64,000 bases of DNA from Anthoceros angustus (GCA_010909165.1 MU008170.1:930001-994000), one strand, 5' to 3'; positions 1 to 12,142 are shown, counted from the stretch's first letter. Made by a program: numbers and translations. Notes: generated by a model from the sequence alone, not told the origin.

Positions 1-1444
1 ACGCAAGCCACTATATGAGCCACTCAAAAGGAAACTCATGGAGGCAGAGCAAGAGCAAGCGTGGCGAGTTGAAGCGGTTGGCGAGAGGCCAATGCTTAAG
101 AGGCCCAACTGACAGCCCTTCGTCCTGTGCGGATTGGAGTGCTATAGGCATTGGCGCCTGCTTGCCCAAGGCGAGGAAGGAGAGGCGGGTTGTGGCGTAT
201 GCGGCGGTCGAATAACACCACGGAGGCCAATTATTCGTCTCGAAGAGTGTCTTGCACATGGGCGGTCACACACGAGTATACCTATTTGGTCCAAGTTTTC
301 AATTGGTCACGGATCATGCCATTGCTGGGTGATGACCAACATGAAGCTAAGGAAGCTTGCTAGGTGGGCTCTCTTGCTATCCGAATATGACATGCAAATT
401 GTACACCGCGCTGGAAAAGTACATCTCAATGCCGATGGGCTCAGTAGGAACCCGATGTGTGGGGCAGAAGACATCACTGGGGCGAGACAAGACTTCGGAT
501 CTGTGCAGCATTTGCCCAGTGTGTATTTGGCGATGCTGTCCTTGGAACCAGGCAGTGATCAACAGTCGTTAGAAGGAGGTCGAGACATATGGAAGCTCGA
601 GCATGCCATTCAGCTGTTAAGGGATGGGCATGTGGCTGGTGTGGACACAATGTCCCTCCAGAAGCTGCAGCGACGAATTGCTCGCTATACATACAAAGAC
701 GGTAAATTGTATGTGGTTGATCGAGGGGTGAGCAAGGAGGTGCCGCCCGTGGAGGAACGAAGACCATTAGTGACCAAGGTACACAAAACGTTGGGGCATT
801 TTGGCGTCAAGAGAACACATCACATGTTGAAAAATACATACTTTTGGTCAGGTATGTATGCAGATGTAGAGCAAGTGGTGGCGCGATGTGCTGCATGCGA
901 TGCAGTGAAGGCGAGGTTCAACAGCCAGGATGTGGTACTACATTCGCTGCCCATCAAGGGATTATTTTTTCGATGGTCAGTTGACTTGATGCCTGAATTG
1001 CCAGTGACCAAGCAAGGCAACAAGCATTGCATGTTGATGATAGAGCACTTTTCAAAGTGGGTGGAATTGGCCTTTCTCCCGATCAGAAGCTCCGTACCGC
1101 GGCCGCGCATTTTGCGATGTGTTCTCGGCAGATATGGAAGTTGCGCGGAGGTGTTGACGGACCAAGGCAATGAGTTCCGCGGTGAATTCCAAGCGTTGCT
1201 GGATCGAAGCTTGATAGATCACCGCCGCACATCTCGGGATCATCCTCAAGCTGACGCATTGGCAGAACGGTTAGTGCAAACTTTCAAGGACTCTCTTCGC
1301 AAATATTGCACTGAGGTTGAGACCAGCTGCTGGGATGAGTTGTTGTCATATGTTGCACTAGGATATAGGATCAATGTGCAGGCTGCCTTGGGCAACTTCA
1401 GCCCATATTACATCATGTTTGGGCGGAATGTTGTCATGCCAAAT
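1..1444 (+). pseudogene. pol: Gypsy Pol fragment: RT connection/RNase H, integrase Zn-binding domain and DDE core
   Basis: ADWSAIGIGAC and RVVAYA (RNase H, frameshifted over 1-330); KLARWALLLSEYD and HRAGKVHLNADGLSR; HKTLGH...CAAC (HHCC); WSVDL, LTDQGNEF and HPQADALAER (D,D,E). ORF 134-1447 stops at the TGA formed by the first bases of the copia LTR. Confidence 0.95.
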
Positions 1445-1668
1445 TGATGAGAATCATACACAAGCTCAAGCAATATGTGTTGCATTACATTCATAATAGA
1501 AAGTACATGCCTTTATGTAGGCAAGGTAGTTGTAATCAATAAGTGGTTGTAACAACTAACCAATTAAATAACTACTAAAAGAAACTACCTAGAGCCCTAA
1601 GGACTAAATTAATTATTAAGTCCTAGGTGCCCTAGTGAAGAGTGCCCTAATAGTAAGCTATTTTATCA
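1445..1668 (-). repeat. 3' LTR of copia-1
   Basis: Direct repeat of 8756-8979 with one mismatch (gtaatcaat vs gtaaccaat). Confidence 0.97.
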
Positions 1669-1680
1669 CTCCCACTCACT
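1669..1680 (-). promoter_or_regulatory. Polypurine tract of copia-1
   Basis: AGTGAGTGGGAG on the minus strand directly abuts the 3' LTR. Confidence 0.85.
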
Positions 1681-3134
1681 ATGAACTAGGGGTGATTTTC
1701 TGACCAAAAAGAGGTCTAGGAAAAGCTAGTCTAGTAAAAACTAGTCCCTAACTAAACTTTACTTAAAAGCATAAAGTAAAACTTAAGGTAAAAACTGAAA
1801 GTAATAATCACTATTAAAATAACTCCCACTTAAGGAGAACCGAGATGAGAAACTAATAACCCAACTTCAAGAATAGGTGGAATTAAAACTAATTAAAAGT
1901 ATTTAAGCGGATTTATATATAGAGGAAAATCCAGAAAATACCTAATTTCCGAAAAGGAAAATCAAAAGGATAATGGATAATACCCTTCTTCCTCAAACTT
2001 CACGAACGCGATCCCGACAACTTGGTGGTTGGTACATGTGCGGTGATGGCGATGGCGGAGGGGGGTGGCTACCCGCAGAAGGCGCGCCAATCCGCCCACG
2101 GAGGAGGCGCCACGGGGGCGCCATCGCGCCTGTCCCGAGCCCCGGCCCTCTCCGCCCGCGCGCCCGCGCGCCCGCGCCCTGCAAGGACGCCACGGGAGGC
2201 GCCCAAACAAAAGGGGAGGCGCCCTACCGCTGATGCATCTAGTCGTGTCCGGTGATGAAGATCCTCAGGAGAGCTCGAGGATGATCATGATGAGGACGCT
2301 CTCATCTGTTAGATGCCAGTCTTCATTTCCCCATCTTCATTTGTGAAGCAATTCGGATGTGCTCACCAAAAGGGGAGGAAGCGCAGCCTAGGTGATGAGG
2401 ACGTGCCTCCCCCTCATGCTCTGGTGGGAAATTAGGACGATCCACAATGGCTCCGAAAAGTGCTGATGCACAGCTAAGATTAGCGGATGTGTGATTACTG
2501 ATGGATAAGAGGTGACACTTGTGTGTGGGGAGGGAAGGAAAAGAAGGAAAAAAAGGTGCAATATATTAAAATAAGGGTTATCCAAGATTTATATTATTTA
2601 ATTTCTATATGAGTTTTAGGATCATAATAACCTAGCATAAATTTTCTGCGATTGATGCGTAAACACATTTTGTTTCCTAAGTGTATTAAAGACAAAAACA
2701 TGGGCTATTATAAGCGAATTCTACCAAAAGGTGACCAGAAAAATAAAGTATACATACTCACCTTAGGTTTAAGTGAAAAGGGGAGATGTCCGGACTCCTA
2801 TATATGTGAGGAAACTACCATCCACATGATAAAATAGCAAGTCTCCCATGTGAGGAATTTCCAGGACATATCAACATATTTTCCGTAGGTGCCTTTGGTG
2901 CTAAGGGAATTTATTGTTTTAATCACATAAATACTGCTTAAATATTATTTTTATTTTTAATATAAATATTCCAGGTTCTATGTTGGCCGTCTATGAAGAG
3001 GAAGGCAGGGATGACCTAAGCTATTTTGAGATAGAAGAAGAAAATGTTCAGAAAAATAGTAAGACAATAATTTTTGGGCTAAGATTTTAAGGTTATCTTA
3101 AATCGGCCCTAAGGCTGCTAGGGTGAGTATTAGG

Positions 3135-6100
3135 TTAAAGGTTTGGACAGGTGTCCATTATACCCAAACATTTCATGTGTTTCCTATGTAACTCAATTCC
3201 CAATGACTTTGTTAATAAATCGACATTGTCTAAAGTTTGAACATAACTAATATTTATGGTTTGATCTTCTAACTTTTCCCTTATGTAGTGATACTCAACA
3301 GCTATATGTTTAGTTCTAGAATGAAAAGGATTTCGTGCAAGTGCAATGGCACCGCTATCACTAAACAAAGATGTAGGCTTAAGTTGAGGATGGTGAAGTT
3401 CACTCAAAACTAACTGGACCACACTATGTCTTTAGAACCGAGGTTAGTACCACCGATTCTTGACAAAGCTATAGTAGGTTGTTTCTTACTTGACCGGATA
3501 TTGGTGCTCCTCCTAAGAGTAATACATACCGACATGATTGTGTGGTCACAAAGATAATCGGCATCGATATGCCGTTAGAGTTAATGTGTTGATAGCTGGT
3601 GTATGCTTGAACATCGATCTGTGTACATAGTGCCTTTAAGGTATCCGAATATACGCTTAACAGACATCCAATGCTCACGTCCAGGGTTCTCCAAGAATTG
3701 TGAGCAGGTACTGACTTCAAAAGATATCTGGTCTCGTAAAATTACATAAATATATTAGGGTGCCAACAGCATGTCGGTATAGAACTACTGACATTTCTAG
3801 CTTTTCTTCAGTTGTTTTGGGACTCATATCTGAGGTAAGCCTAACACTTGCAAAAGGTGTGGGTGCAGGCTTTGCATCCTCAAGTCCAAATTTAGCTAAA
3901 CTCTCCTTAATATACTTGGTTTGAACTATACTTAGAGTCTTATTACCTCTATTTCGTATAATATTAACACCAAGTGCATATGTCATTTCTCCTAGATCGG
4001 ACATCTCAAATAGAGTCCTAAGCCATGCTTTAGTTTCGCTAGGAGAGTGAGGGAGTTTGTTGCCATAAAAACATCATCAACATAAAGTAGAAGATAAATA
4101 TATCATTGCGGATATTAGGATGTACATACAAGCATCACCGGCTTTGCTTAAATCCTCTCCCAATAAGTTGTACATGTATGGTTAATTCCAATTCTTGCTC
4201 GATCGCTTAAGGCCATACAAACCTTTGATGAGTCGGCATACCCAATCTTCTTTGCCTTTGACTTCGTAACCTCGGGTTGTCTCATGTATATTTCCTCTTG
4301 GCGCCCATACAAATATCTTTGTCTTAACATCCATCATGTGGAGTTCAAGATCATGTTGGGCACATAAGGCAAATATCATTGTGTGGCAAATTTGGCTCTT
4401 GGGGCATAAGTGGCCCAAGGTATGTAATCTAGACCAGAATTTGTGTAAAACCTCGCTACTAGACGTGCCTTATACCTTTCTATAGAACCATCTCCTTTTC
4501 TTTTAATTTTGAATACCCATTTGCTGGTTACTATCTTCCTACCCCTAGGTGGTTTGACCAATTCCATGTAGAGTTATTAACTAGGGAATTATATTGAATC
4601 TGACTACCTTCCATAAGTCTTTTCGGAGAAGAGAAAGCTTGTTTTAAGGTAAGAGGTTCTTGGGTCTATAGTTGCCTTGTAGAGCTTGAGAATAAAGTGA
4701 TATAGGGGTATAGGATCATCAAAACAGCTAGGTATCCTAAAGGAGGTTCCTTCCAACTGCAGGACTGAGATAGTAGGTCGGGATCTAAGGTTGTACCTTT
4801 GTGCAGTGCATCATCCACGGAGGCGGGATCAACGGATCTGCTGGCTCCACAATGTCATCCTCCGAGGGTCATCAAACTCATCATCATGAGTGTCAATCGG
4901 CGCCTCTGGGATGTCAACATCGTGTTGTTGGTTGTGGAATAGATGCTAACTCCTCCTCCTCCTGCATAATAGGTTCAACTAAAGGAACACGAGAAGCGAA
5001 TGGGAAATGGAGTGAAATAATCGATATCATCAAAATAAGAAGGGTCAATGGTCTCATCAAGAGGAGGACCAAGCCTATCCCCACTGGGGAAAAGAGGTAA
5101 GACTCATGAAAAGTAACACTCCGTATAAAAGTTGCCTTGTAGAAGGGTTGAACAATTTGTACCTTTGATACCTTGTGTAGCCAATGAAAAGTGTACTTAG
5201 CTTTGGGATCCAACTTCTTACGCAATGCTTTGGGAATAAAAACATATGCGGGATCCAAAAATTCAAGGTGGTCAATAGAAGGCTTCTTGCCAATGAATGC
5301 TTCATATGGAGTCATACCTTGAAGCGTGTAGGCAATCGATTCATGAGATAGGTTCTTAGGAGGGCCTCGCCAATAAGCCTTAGATAACTTAGCTTGTACC
5401 AATAAGCAACTGTGATCTCTTGGAGGCGTAGATTCTTGTTCTGGCCACGCCATTTTGTTGAGGAGTGTAGACAATCGTAAGTTGTTGAGCTATACCTTCA
5501 CTCGACAAAATCCTCAAATTCAGATGTAAACTCTCCACCATTGTCGGAACGTAAGGTCTTGAGTTTGTGATCGTAAGTCTCTCACCCATTTCATGTAGTC
5601 CTTGAAGAAGTGAAAGGCATCACTCTTGTTTTTCGGGATGTAGGAAAAGACAAACGAGAGAAATCATCTGTGAAGGTCAAAAATATCTACTACCACTAAA
5701 GGAGGGTGTAGACAAGGGTCCACAATGTCATGTGCACTATCTCTAAAGGTGACTTGGCCCTTTGTGGAGATTTATTTTGAAAGGCTCTTGATGTCGTTTA
5801 GTGAGGACACAAGATTCGCACCAAGGTAGGTGTTCAACCTTTGCAAGGCAAGGGTTCTATATAAAGCTCCCTTAGACATTTGGATTAATTTTTGACTATT
5901 AGGATGACCAAGGCGACAATGCCAAAGCATGGTTTGGGTAGGTGTCATTTGGGTTTGGAATGGCAACATTAGCGAATGGGTCTACTTGTCTTGACAATCT
6001 ATAGAGACCATCATCTAAAGTGCTGCGATTGTATAGTTTCTATCACTTATGAAAGAGAGAAGACAACTATCTGCATAAAGGATCACCTGCAGAGTGTGTT

Positions 6101-7983
6101 CTTGACAAAGACTTGCAGCTGATACTAGATTCTTGCACATTGAAGGAACATGGAGGACGTGATGAAGATGAAGAACGACCGAATCACACTTGAATACAAT
6201 CAACCGACACCCGCAATGGGTAGGTTGTGATCATCTCCTGTGAGGACAGAGATGTCCTGTGGTGAGTAAGACTCAAAAGAGTTTCTGTAACAAATATGTG
6301 AAGTAGCTCCACTGCCTAAGTACCATGAGGTATTGGAGGGCTTGGAAGAAGCCAAGCACAGTGAGCACTGGAGTTGAGGAAGATTGTTTCTTTCGCAATG
6401 TTAGCTCTGTGGGGCCTCCTTGCGAGGTTCCCCATTCTTCTTCTTACGACAATCCTTTTCCATGTGATTTGGGATTCTGCACCAATTACATATAATCCCG
6501 ATCTTCTTGTTACCTCTTGCGGTGTTGAAGAAGATGCCTCTCCATCATGGAAAGTATGTGCGGGATATGGGGTCGTTGGAAAGTAGAACCTCGGCCCCGC
6601 CTGCCCCTCTTCCTCTACCCCTTTGTGAATACATCACCGCTTGTTGGCTCGGAGTGATGATCGCCCGCTTGCCTCCTCCGTAGCAATGCTCCAATAAGTT
6701 CGGAACACGATGTCCGGCTCTTCATTTGGATCTTCAGCTTTTCGACACGAATCACCGCAGAGTGTGTTCTTGACAAAGACTTGGTGATACTAGATTCTTG
6801 CACATTGAAGGAACATGGAGGACGTGATGAAGATGAAGAACGACCGAATCACACTTGAATACAACGAACCGACACCCGCAATGGGTAGGTTGTGATCATC
6901 TCCGGAGGACGATGTCCTGTGGGCGTGAGTAAGACTCAAAAGAGTTTCATTGTAACAAATATGTGAAGTAGCTCCGTCTAAGTACCATGAGGTATTGGAG
7001 GGCTTGGAAGAAGCCAAGCACAGTGAGCACCTTCTGGAGTTGAGGAAGATTGTTTCTTTCGCAATGTTAGCTCGGTGGGGCCTCCTTGCGAGGTTCCCCA
7101 TTCTTCTTCTTACAATCCTTTTCCATGTGATTTGGATTACGCACCAATTACATATAATCCCGATCTTCTTGTTACCTCTTGCGGTGTTGAAGAAGATGCC
7201 TCTCCATCATGGAAAGTATGTGCGGGATATGGGGGGTTGGAAAGTAGAACCTCGGCCTCGTCCTCTCTACCCCTTTGTGAATACATCACTGCGCTTGTTG
7301 GCTGAGTGATGATGACGTCTTGCCTCCTCCTGTAGCAATGCTCCAATAAGTTCGGAACACGATGTCCTCTTCATTTGGATCTTCAGCTTTTCGACATTGC
7401 GAATCACGCATTTTGAGTTGTAATGAAAGCCCTATAAGAAGGTGGCAATGAAGATAAGAGAATGACGTAAGCCTCCATCTCGAGATAGGTACGCCATTGA
7501 AGATTCCAAATGGGATCGTGCCAATCGAAATGCATTAACATGATGTTCGATGGTGTCGGACTCCTTCATTGAGAGGTTGCGGAAGTTACGTGAAGCGCAA
7601 CAATACTCATTACATCTCGAGATGAATATAATTGAGCAAGGTGAGTCCACATATCCTTGGAGGTCTTGCAGCGACATGTCTCACCATATGTTGAGAAAGT
7701 CCACCGACCAATAAATCTTGTGCCTTCTCAAGGCCCCGGAAGGTTGAAGTTCACGTTCAAATCGGGCGTGTGGCCTTGGAATTGATCCATCGACGATGCC
7801 CCAAAGGTCTCTTTGCCGCAAAGCTCCTCGCATTCTCAATGACCGATGTCATAATCCCTTCCATTGAATCTATCTTTCTCTTTGAACTGTCACCATAATG
7901 ATAATGCAATGAAGTGTTAGCATTATCATTACCCAATGGGAATTAGGAGCAGTTTGTTCTTCATTATTGATCACTCCAGCCAT
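3135..7983 (-). pseudogene. gag-pol: Copia-1 gag-pol polyprotein (multiple frameshifts in this sequence)
   Basis: ATG at 7983; Gag N-terminus RFNGRDYDI..LRMRGALRQRDLWGIVDGS; CCHC knuckle near 7100-7160; protease SWYLDGATSHIC; LWHCRLGHPN; integrase YTPQQNGVA and RKKLDPKA; RT SKWVFKIK..YKARLVA, MDVKT, KGLYGLK, DLGEMTYALG; RNase H RTKHIAVEYHYIRE..DLLTKSL ending at 3135. Confidence 0.95.
6082..7407. repeat. Tandem duplication (~669-bp period) of the Gag C-terminus/protease region in copia-1
   Basis: 6082-6750 is repeated at 6751-7407; junction microhomology ATCAC. Confidence 0.9.
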
Positions 7984-8744
7984 TGTAGGTGATTTAGAGG
8001 ACTAGGCCTCGCATTCTCATCTTCTATTGCACGAAACTCTTCTCTTGCATCATAGTCGATTCGGATGATGATAGCATGCTCTCAAATCTCGCGCATTATC
8101 AACCTTAGAGAGAATAGACAATTTTGTCCTTAATTCAGATAATTCTCCTTAAGATCAAAGGATTGGATTCTAAGAGTTGCTAATTGACTATCAATTTCTT
8201 GAAATCTAAGAGTTTCTATGCTATTTTTGTCTTGCGGACTAGAAGATAAAGGAGTACTAATACCGATTCAAATTTGGGATATGTTGGAGAGCTAATTCTA
8301 ATGCCTTGACGTGAATTGGACTAAAACTTCTAGCAAATCACGCCTAGCTAGCTTGATAAACTTCCCTTGATCCGGTTTAGAAATTAAAATAGATGCAATG
8401 AAGTTTGCTATACAAGAGGAGGTTTCTTCTATCTCTCCCTCTATAGCTTGTTGTCTTCTATTGCTTCTATGTGTTGGGCTCCTAATTTGTTCTTGTTGTC
8501 TTGCGACTACTTCTCTTCTTAACTCTATGCCTTCTCCTTCTAAGGAACACAAATCCATGGAGGAAGAACAAAGAATTAGTGCATAAAAGCATTGTTAGAA
8601 GAGAAATGTTAGCATAAAAGAATGCATGCAAAGATAGCAATTCTAGGATAAACACAATCCATCTAGGCAAATGCTAGATTAGAAAGTGTCTCCTAGATAA
8701 GCTACTTAGATGCATGAGGATGCAAGCAAACAAAGAGCAAGTGT

Positions 8745-8755
8745 GCTCGATACCA
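8745..8755 (-). promoter_or_regulatory. Primer-binding site (tRNA-iMet type) of copia-1
   Basis: TGGTATCGAGC on the minus strand adjacent to the 5' LTR; canonical plant form is TGGTATCAGAGC. Confidence 0.9.
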
Positions 8756-8979
8756 TGATGAGAATCATACACAAGCTCAAGCAATATGTGTTGCATTACA
8801 TTCATAATAGAAAGTACATGCCTTTATGTAGGCAAGGTAGTTGTAACCAATAAGTGGTTGTAACAACTAACCAATTAAATAACTACTAAAAGAAACTACC
8901 TAGAGCCCTAAGGACTAAATTAATTATTAAGTCCTAGGTGCCCTAGTGAAGAGTGCCCTAATAGTAAGCTATTTTATCA
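8756..8979 (-). repeat. 5' LTR of copia-1
   Basis: 224 bp, 223/224 identical to 1445-1668, followed by TSD CAAAT. Confidence 0.97.
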
Positions 8980-8984
8980 CAAAT

Positions 8985-9560
8985 ATCGTGGCAGATGCCT
9001 ATTCTAAACCAGTAGATTGGGCACAGAATCCAGAAGAGTGTTTCGTGGAATTGCAGAACTACGCCAAGTTGTTTCAGCGGGTAATTCCCATGGCCATGGA
9101 TAACTTAGCCATTGCCCAACATCGGGACCAACTCCGATATGCCTTTACGCGAGGGGGCTCGTGGAAACCCAAGGCGAGGAAATTCGAAGTGGGGGACTTT
9201 GTGTACTTACAACACCGACCATCAGGCACGTTGGATGTAAGCATTGGGCGCTTGATTTGCGGGTGGTGAATGTGGGTGAGCAGGGTGTCATCGAATTGGA
9301 AGGACAGGACGGACGATGTTGCAAGGAACACATGCGTCATTTGGCACCATGCCACCTGCCGAACTTGGACACGAGGACTCAGCCACAGGCATGGAAACCA
9401 CCGATTGACTTACCTTGCAAACTTTGTGGTCACATCACGGACCCGGAGCTCATGATTCTTTGCAACAAGTGCAATCGGGGTATCATGTGTTTTGCCCAGA
9501 CCTCCTTACTTCGGTGATACTAGATGGCTAATGGTACCGCTATCAATGTGCTTTTTCGCG
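8985..9560 (+). pseudogene. pol: Gypsy integrase C-terminal region plus PHD finger, copy 1 (frameshifted)
   Basis: In frame with ...NVVMPN across the TSD: IVADAYSKP...AMDNLAIAQHRDQLRY...KFEVGDFVYL, then LPCKLC..LCNKCNRG. Confidence 0.9.
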
Positions 9561-11430
9561 ACCGACAAGGGGCGGGGCCTTATGAACGCCGCGAAGCACA
9601 AGGATAAAAGGACCTTTTAGGTAAAGCGCGTAAAGCCCGTCTGCTCATTCAGAGGAAACCGGCGAGAGAAGGGCAGGAGCGTAGGGCGAAGGTATCCAAA
9701 GCGGACGCGTGGCGATGTGACGCATGCGGAGGCGGATAATCAAAAGCCTGTGGCAAAACATGGATCATGATGGAGTTTGTGCGAATTGCATGTGCCGAGT
9801 GTAGCGGGCGGCCTAACCAGGCTCCAGCCGCCAAGTGAAAGATGGGGCTCGATTGATTTTGCCGGTTGGTTAGCCACTCACCACCGCTGAGGGGTGGTCA
9901 CTGCGACTTAAGGACTGAATCATGGATCATCACCAAGCCGCACGATCGCCGAGCCATCCAATCCAATGCGCGGCTGATTGGCCAGACGGTGAGCGATTTG
10001 TGCAAGGTACTTCTCATGGCTCAGCCGACGTTAGCTTTAGTGGTAAGCATTAGCGTGGTGGTCTTAGAGGGTGGCAAGCGTTTGGGCACGCTTAACCCGA
10101 TGTCGCAGCCACGGACAACATGGATCCGAGGCGGACCATACGCAAAACGCGCGCAGTTGCATCACGTTGTTCCGCAATTTCCAACGTGAGGACAAGTGGC
10201 GACTTTGATACGGAAGTATCAACTGCAAGCCCGAATCCGAGAAGAGTGTTTCGTGGAATTGCGAACTTCATGCCAAGTTGTTTCAGGTAATTCCCATGGC
10301 CATGGATAACCATTGCCCAACATGGGACCAACTCCGATATGCCTTTACGCGAGGTGGCTCGTGGAAACCAAGCGAAATTGTGGGACTTTGTGTACTTACA
10401 ACACCATCGCACGTTGGATGTAAGCACGGGCGCTTGATTTTCGGGTGGTGAATGTGGGTGAGCAGGTGTCATCGGTGGAAGGACAGGAATGACGACGATG
10501 TTGCAAGGAACACATGCGTCATTTGGCACCATGCCACCTGCCGAACTTGGACACGAGGACTCAGCCACAGGCATGGAAACCACCGATTGACTTACCTTGC
10601 AAACTTTGTGGTCACATCACGGACCCGGAGCTCATGATTCTTTGCAACAAGTGCAATCGGGGGTATCATGTGTTTTGCCTACGACCCCCTCTCACGGTGA
10701 TACCAGATGGCGAATGGTACTGTCATCAATGTGCTTTTTCGCGACTCAGCACAAGGGCTGGGGGGCCGTACGCACGGCCTGCCGCGAAAGCGGCTGTCGA
10801 AGGATAAAAGGACCTTTTAGGGTAAAACGGTGCGTAAAGCCCGTCTGGCTCATTCAGCAGATAGCACCGGCGAGAGAAGGGCAGGAGCGTAGGGCGAAGG
10901 TATCCAAGCGGACCGCGTGGCGGTGGCGCACGCATGCGGGAGGCAGGATAATCAAAAGCCTCGTAAGTAAAACATGGATCATGATGGGGTTTGTGGTGCA
11001 TGTCTGAGGAGTAGCGGCCTAACCAGCTCACGGGCAGAGGCGGAAAGATGGGGCTGATTCGATTTCGCAAGTGGTTGCGCGAGCTCACCACCGCTTTCAC
11101 AGAGGGGTGGTCACCATGACTTAAGGACAATGCTGCGGATCATCACCAAGCCGCACGATCGCCGAGCCATCCAATCCGTGTCAGGCGGCGGTGAGCGATT
11201 TGTGCAGGTACTTCTCATGGCGGTGGTTAAGTAGTGGTAAGCATTAGGCGGTGGTGGTCTTAGAGGTGGCGGTTTGGCACGCTAACCCGATGTCGGCCGG
11301 ACAACATGGATCCGAGGCGGACCATACGCAGTGCCGCGGGTTGCATCACGATGTTCCGCAATTTCACGAGCGGAGTGAGGACAAGTGGCGCACTCCTTTG
11401 ATACGGAAGTATCAATCTGGCAAGCCTGAA
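9026..11430. repeat. Tandem duplication (~1207-bp period) covering integrase C-terminus, PHD and downstream sequence
   Basis: gaatcc(a/g)...gaagagtgtttcgtggaattg starts at both 9026 and 10233; both copies end ...gatacggaagtatcaa...caagcc. Confidence 0.9.
10233..10807 (+). pseudogene. pol: Gypsy integrase C-terminal region plus complete PHD finger, copy 2
   Basis: ORF 10514-10807 contains CKLC-x11-CNKC-x4-H-x2-C-x14-CHQC with LRPPL..IPDGEW; PHD at 10598-10732. Confidence 0.92.
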
Positions 11431-11841
11431 CGGCCGGAGACCTTCCTGGAGTTGCAGGCCTTCTTGCTGTACATGGAATCACACCATGAAACATGCTCAG
11501 TTGAAAACTTCCCATATGACCACAAGGACCTCTTTGAGCTTGCAGGGCGGGGTATGAACAAACAGACCTTTGTTTGGACAAGTTATTGTGAAGGTGCCTT
11601 TCAAAAGTTGGAGCATCACTTGTTTATGCATTAGGTCTTTGACCACTGGCCCAAAGAAGGGTTTTTAATGTACAGGCAGCAGGAGAAGCCAGCGGATGTG
11701 CGCAGTTTGAAAGTCTGGCTCAGCCATTTTCACCGGGAGAAGGCGGGACGGTATGCCATCGATTACCCTAGGGCATTTTACAGGCTGTTCGCATGCTTGC
11801 GGACTGGCATTCTGGAGTGGGATGAACCAACAGCTGAATGT
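11251..11841 (+). pseudogene. Unrecognised ORF downstream of gypsy Pol, part 1 (interrupted by copia-2)
   Basis: ORFs 11251-11634 and 11668-11871 share one frame, separated only by the TAG at 11632-11634; protein-like composition; cut at TSD AATGT. Confidence 0.6.
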
Positions 11842-12090
11842 TGTAAGGGTATTAAAGCCCAATGTACTTAGACTAATACACTTAGTCTAAGTTAGGTGTC
11901 GGTTAAGTATCATTAGTTTAGCTTAAGCTAATCACTAGGAAGCTTCTTGTGCTCCTTCCTAGGAGCTTCTTGTGGAGCTTCCTAGGAGCTTGAGGGTATA
12001 AATACCTCCAAGCCTCATCTCAATGAGAGAGCTACTCTTGCCTCCTCCTCTCCTCTCCTCTTTCCACCAGCATGGCGCCACGATCCTTCA
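11842..12090 (+). repeat. 5' LTR of copia-2 (249 bp)
   Basis: Direct repeat of 17922-18182, differing mostly by small indels; TATAAATA at 11997-12004. Confidence 0.95.
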
Positions 12091-12092
12091 AC

Positions 12093-12104
12093 CGGTATCG
12101 AGCC
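12093..12104 (+). promoter_or_regulatory. Degenerate tRNA-iMet primer-binding site of copia-2
   Basis: CGGTATCGAGCC two bases after the LTR, versus canonical TGGTATCAGAGCC. Confidence 0.75.
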
Positions 12105-12142
12105 ATGGTTTGGTTGTGTTGTGATGCTAGAATTTTCTAGTC

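Larger units (their letters stand above)
1445..8979 (-). mobile_element. Ty1/copia LTR retrotransposon 1 (full length, 7535 bp)
   Basis: 224-bp LTRs with TG...CA ends; 5-bp TSD CAAAT at 1440-1444 and 8980-8984; PBS, PPT and gag-PR-INT-RT-RH order on the minus strand. Confidence 0.97.

Noticed and set aside
8298-8670. Short ORFs in the copia-1 5' leader
   Set aside because: Low-complexity CT/AG-rich leader sequence with no recognisable domain.
10514-10807. Stand-alone host PHD-finger gene
   Set aside because: The finger is collinear with the gypsy integrase C-terminus, and the same linkage recurs in a second family; no separate start or intron structure is evident.
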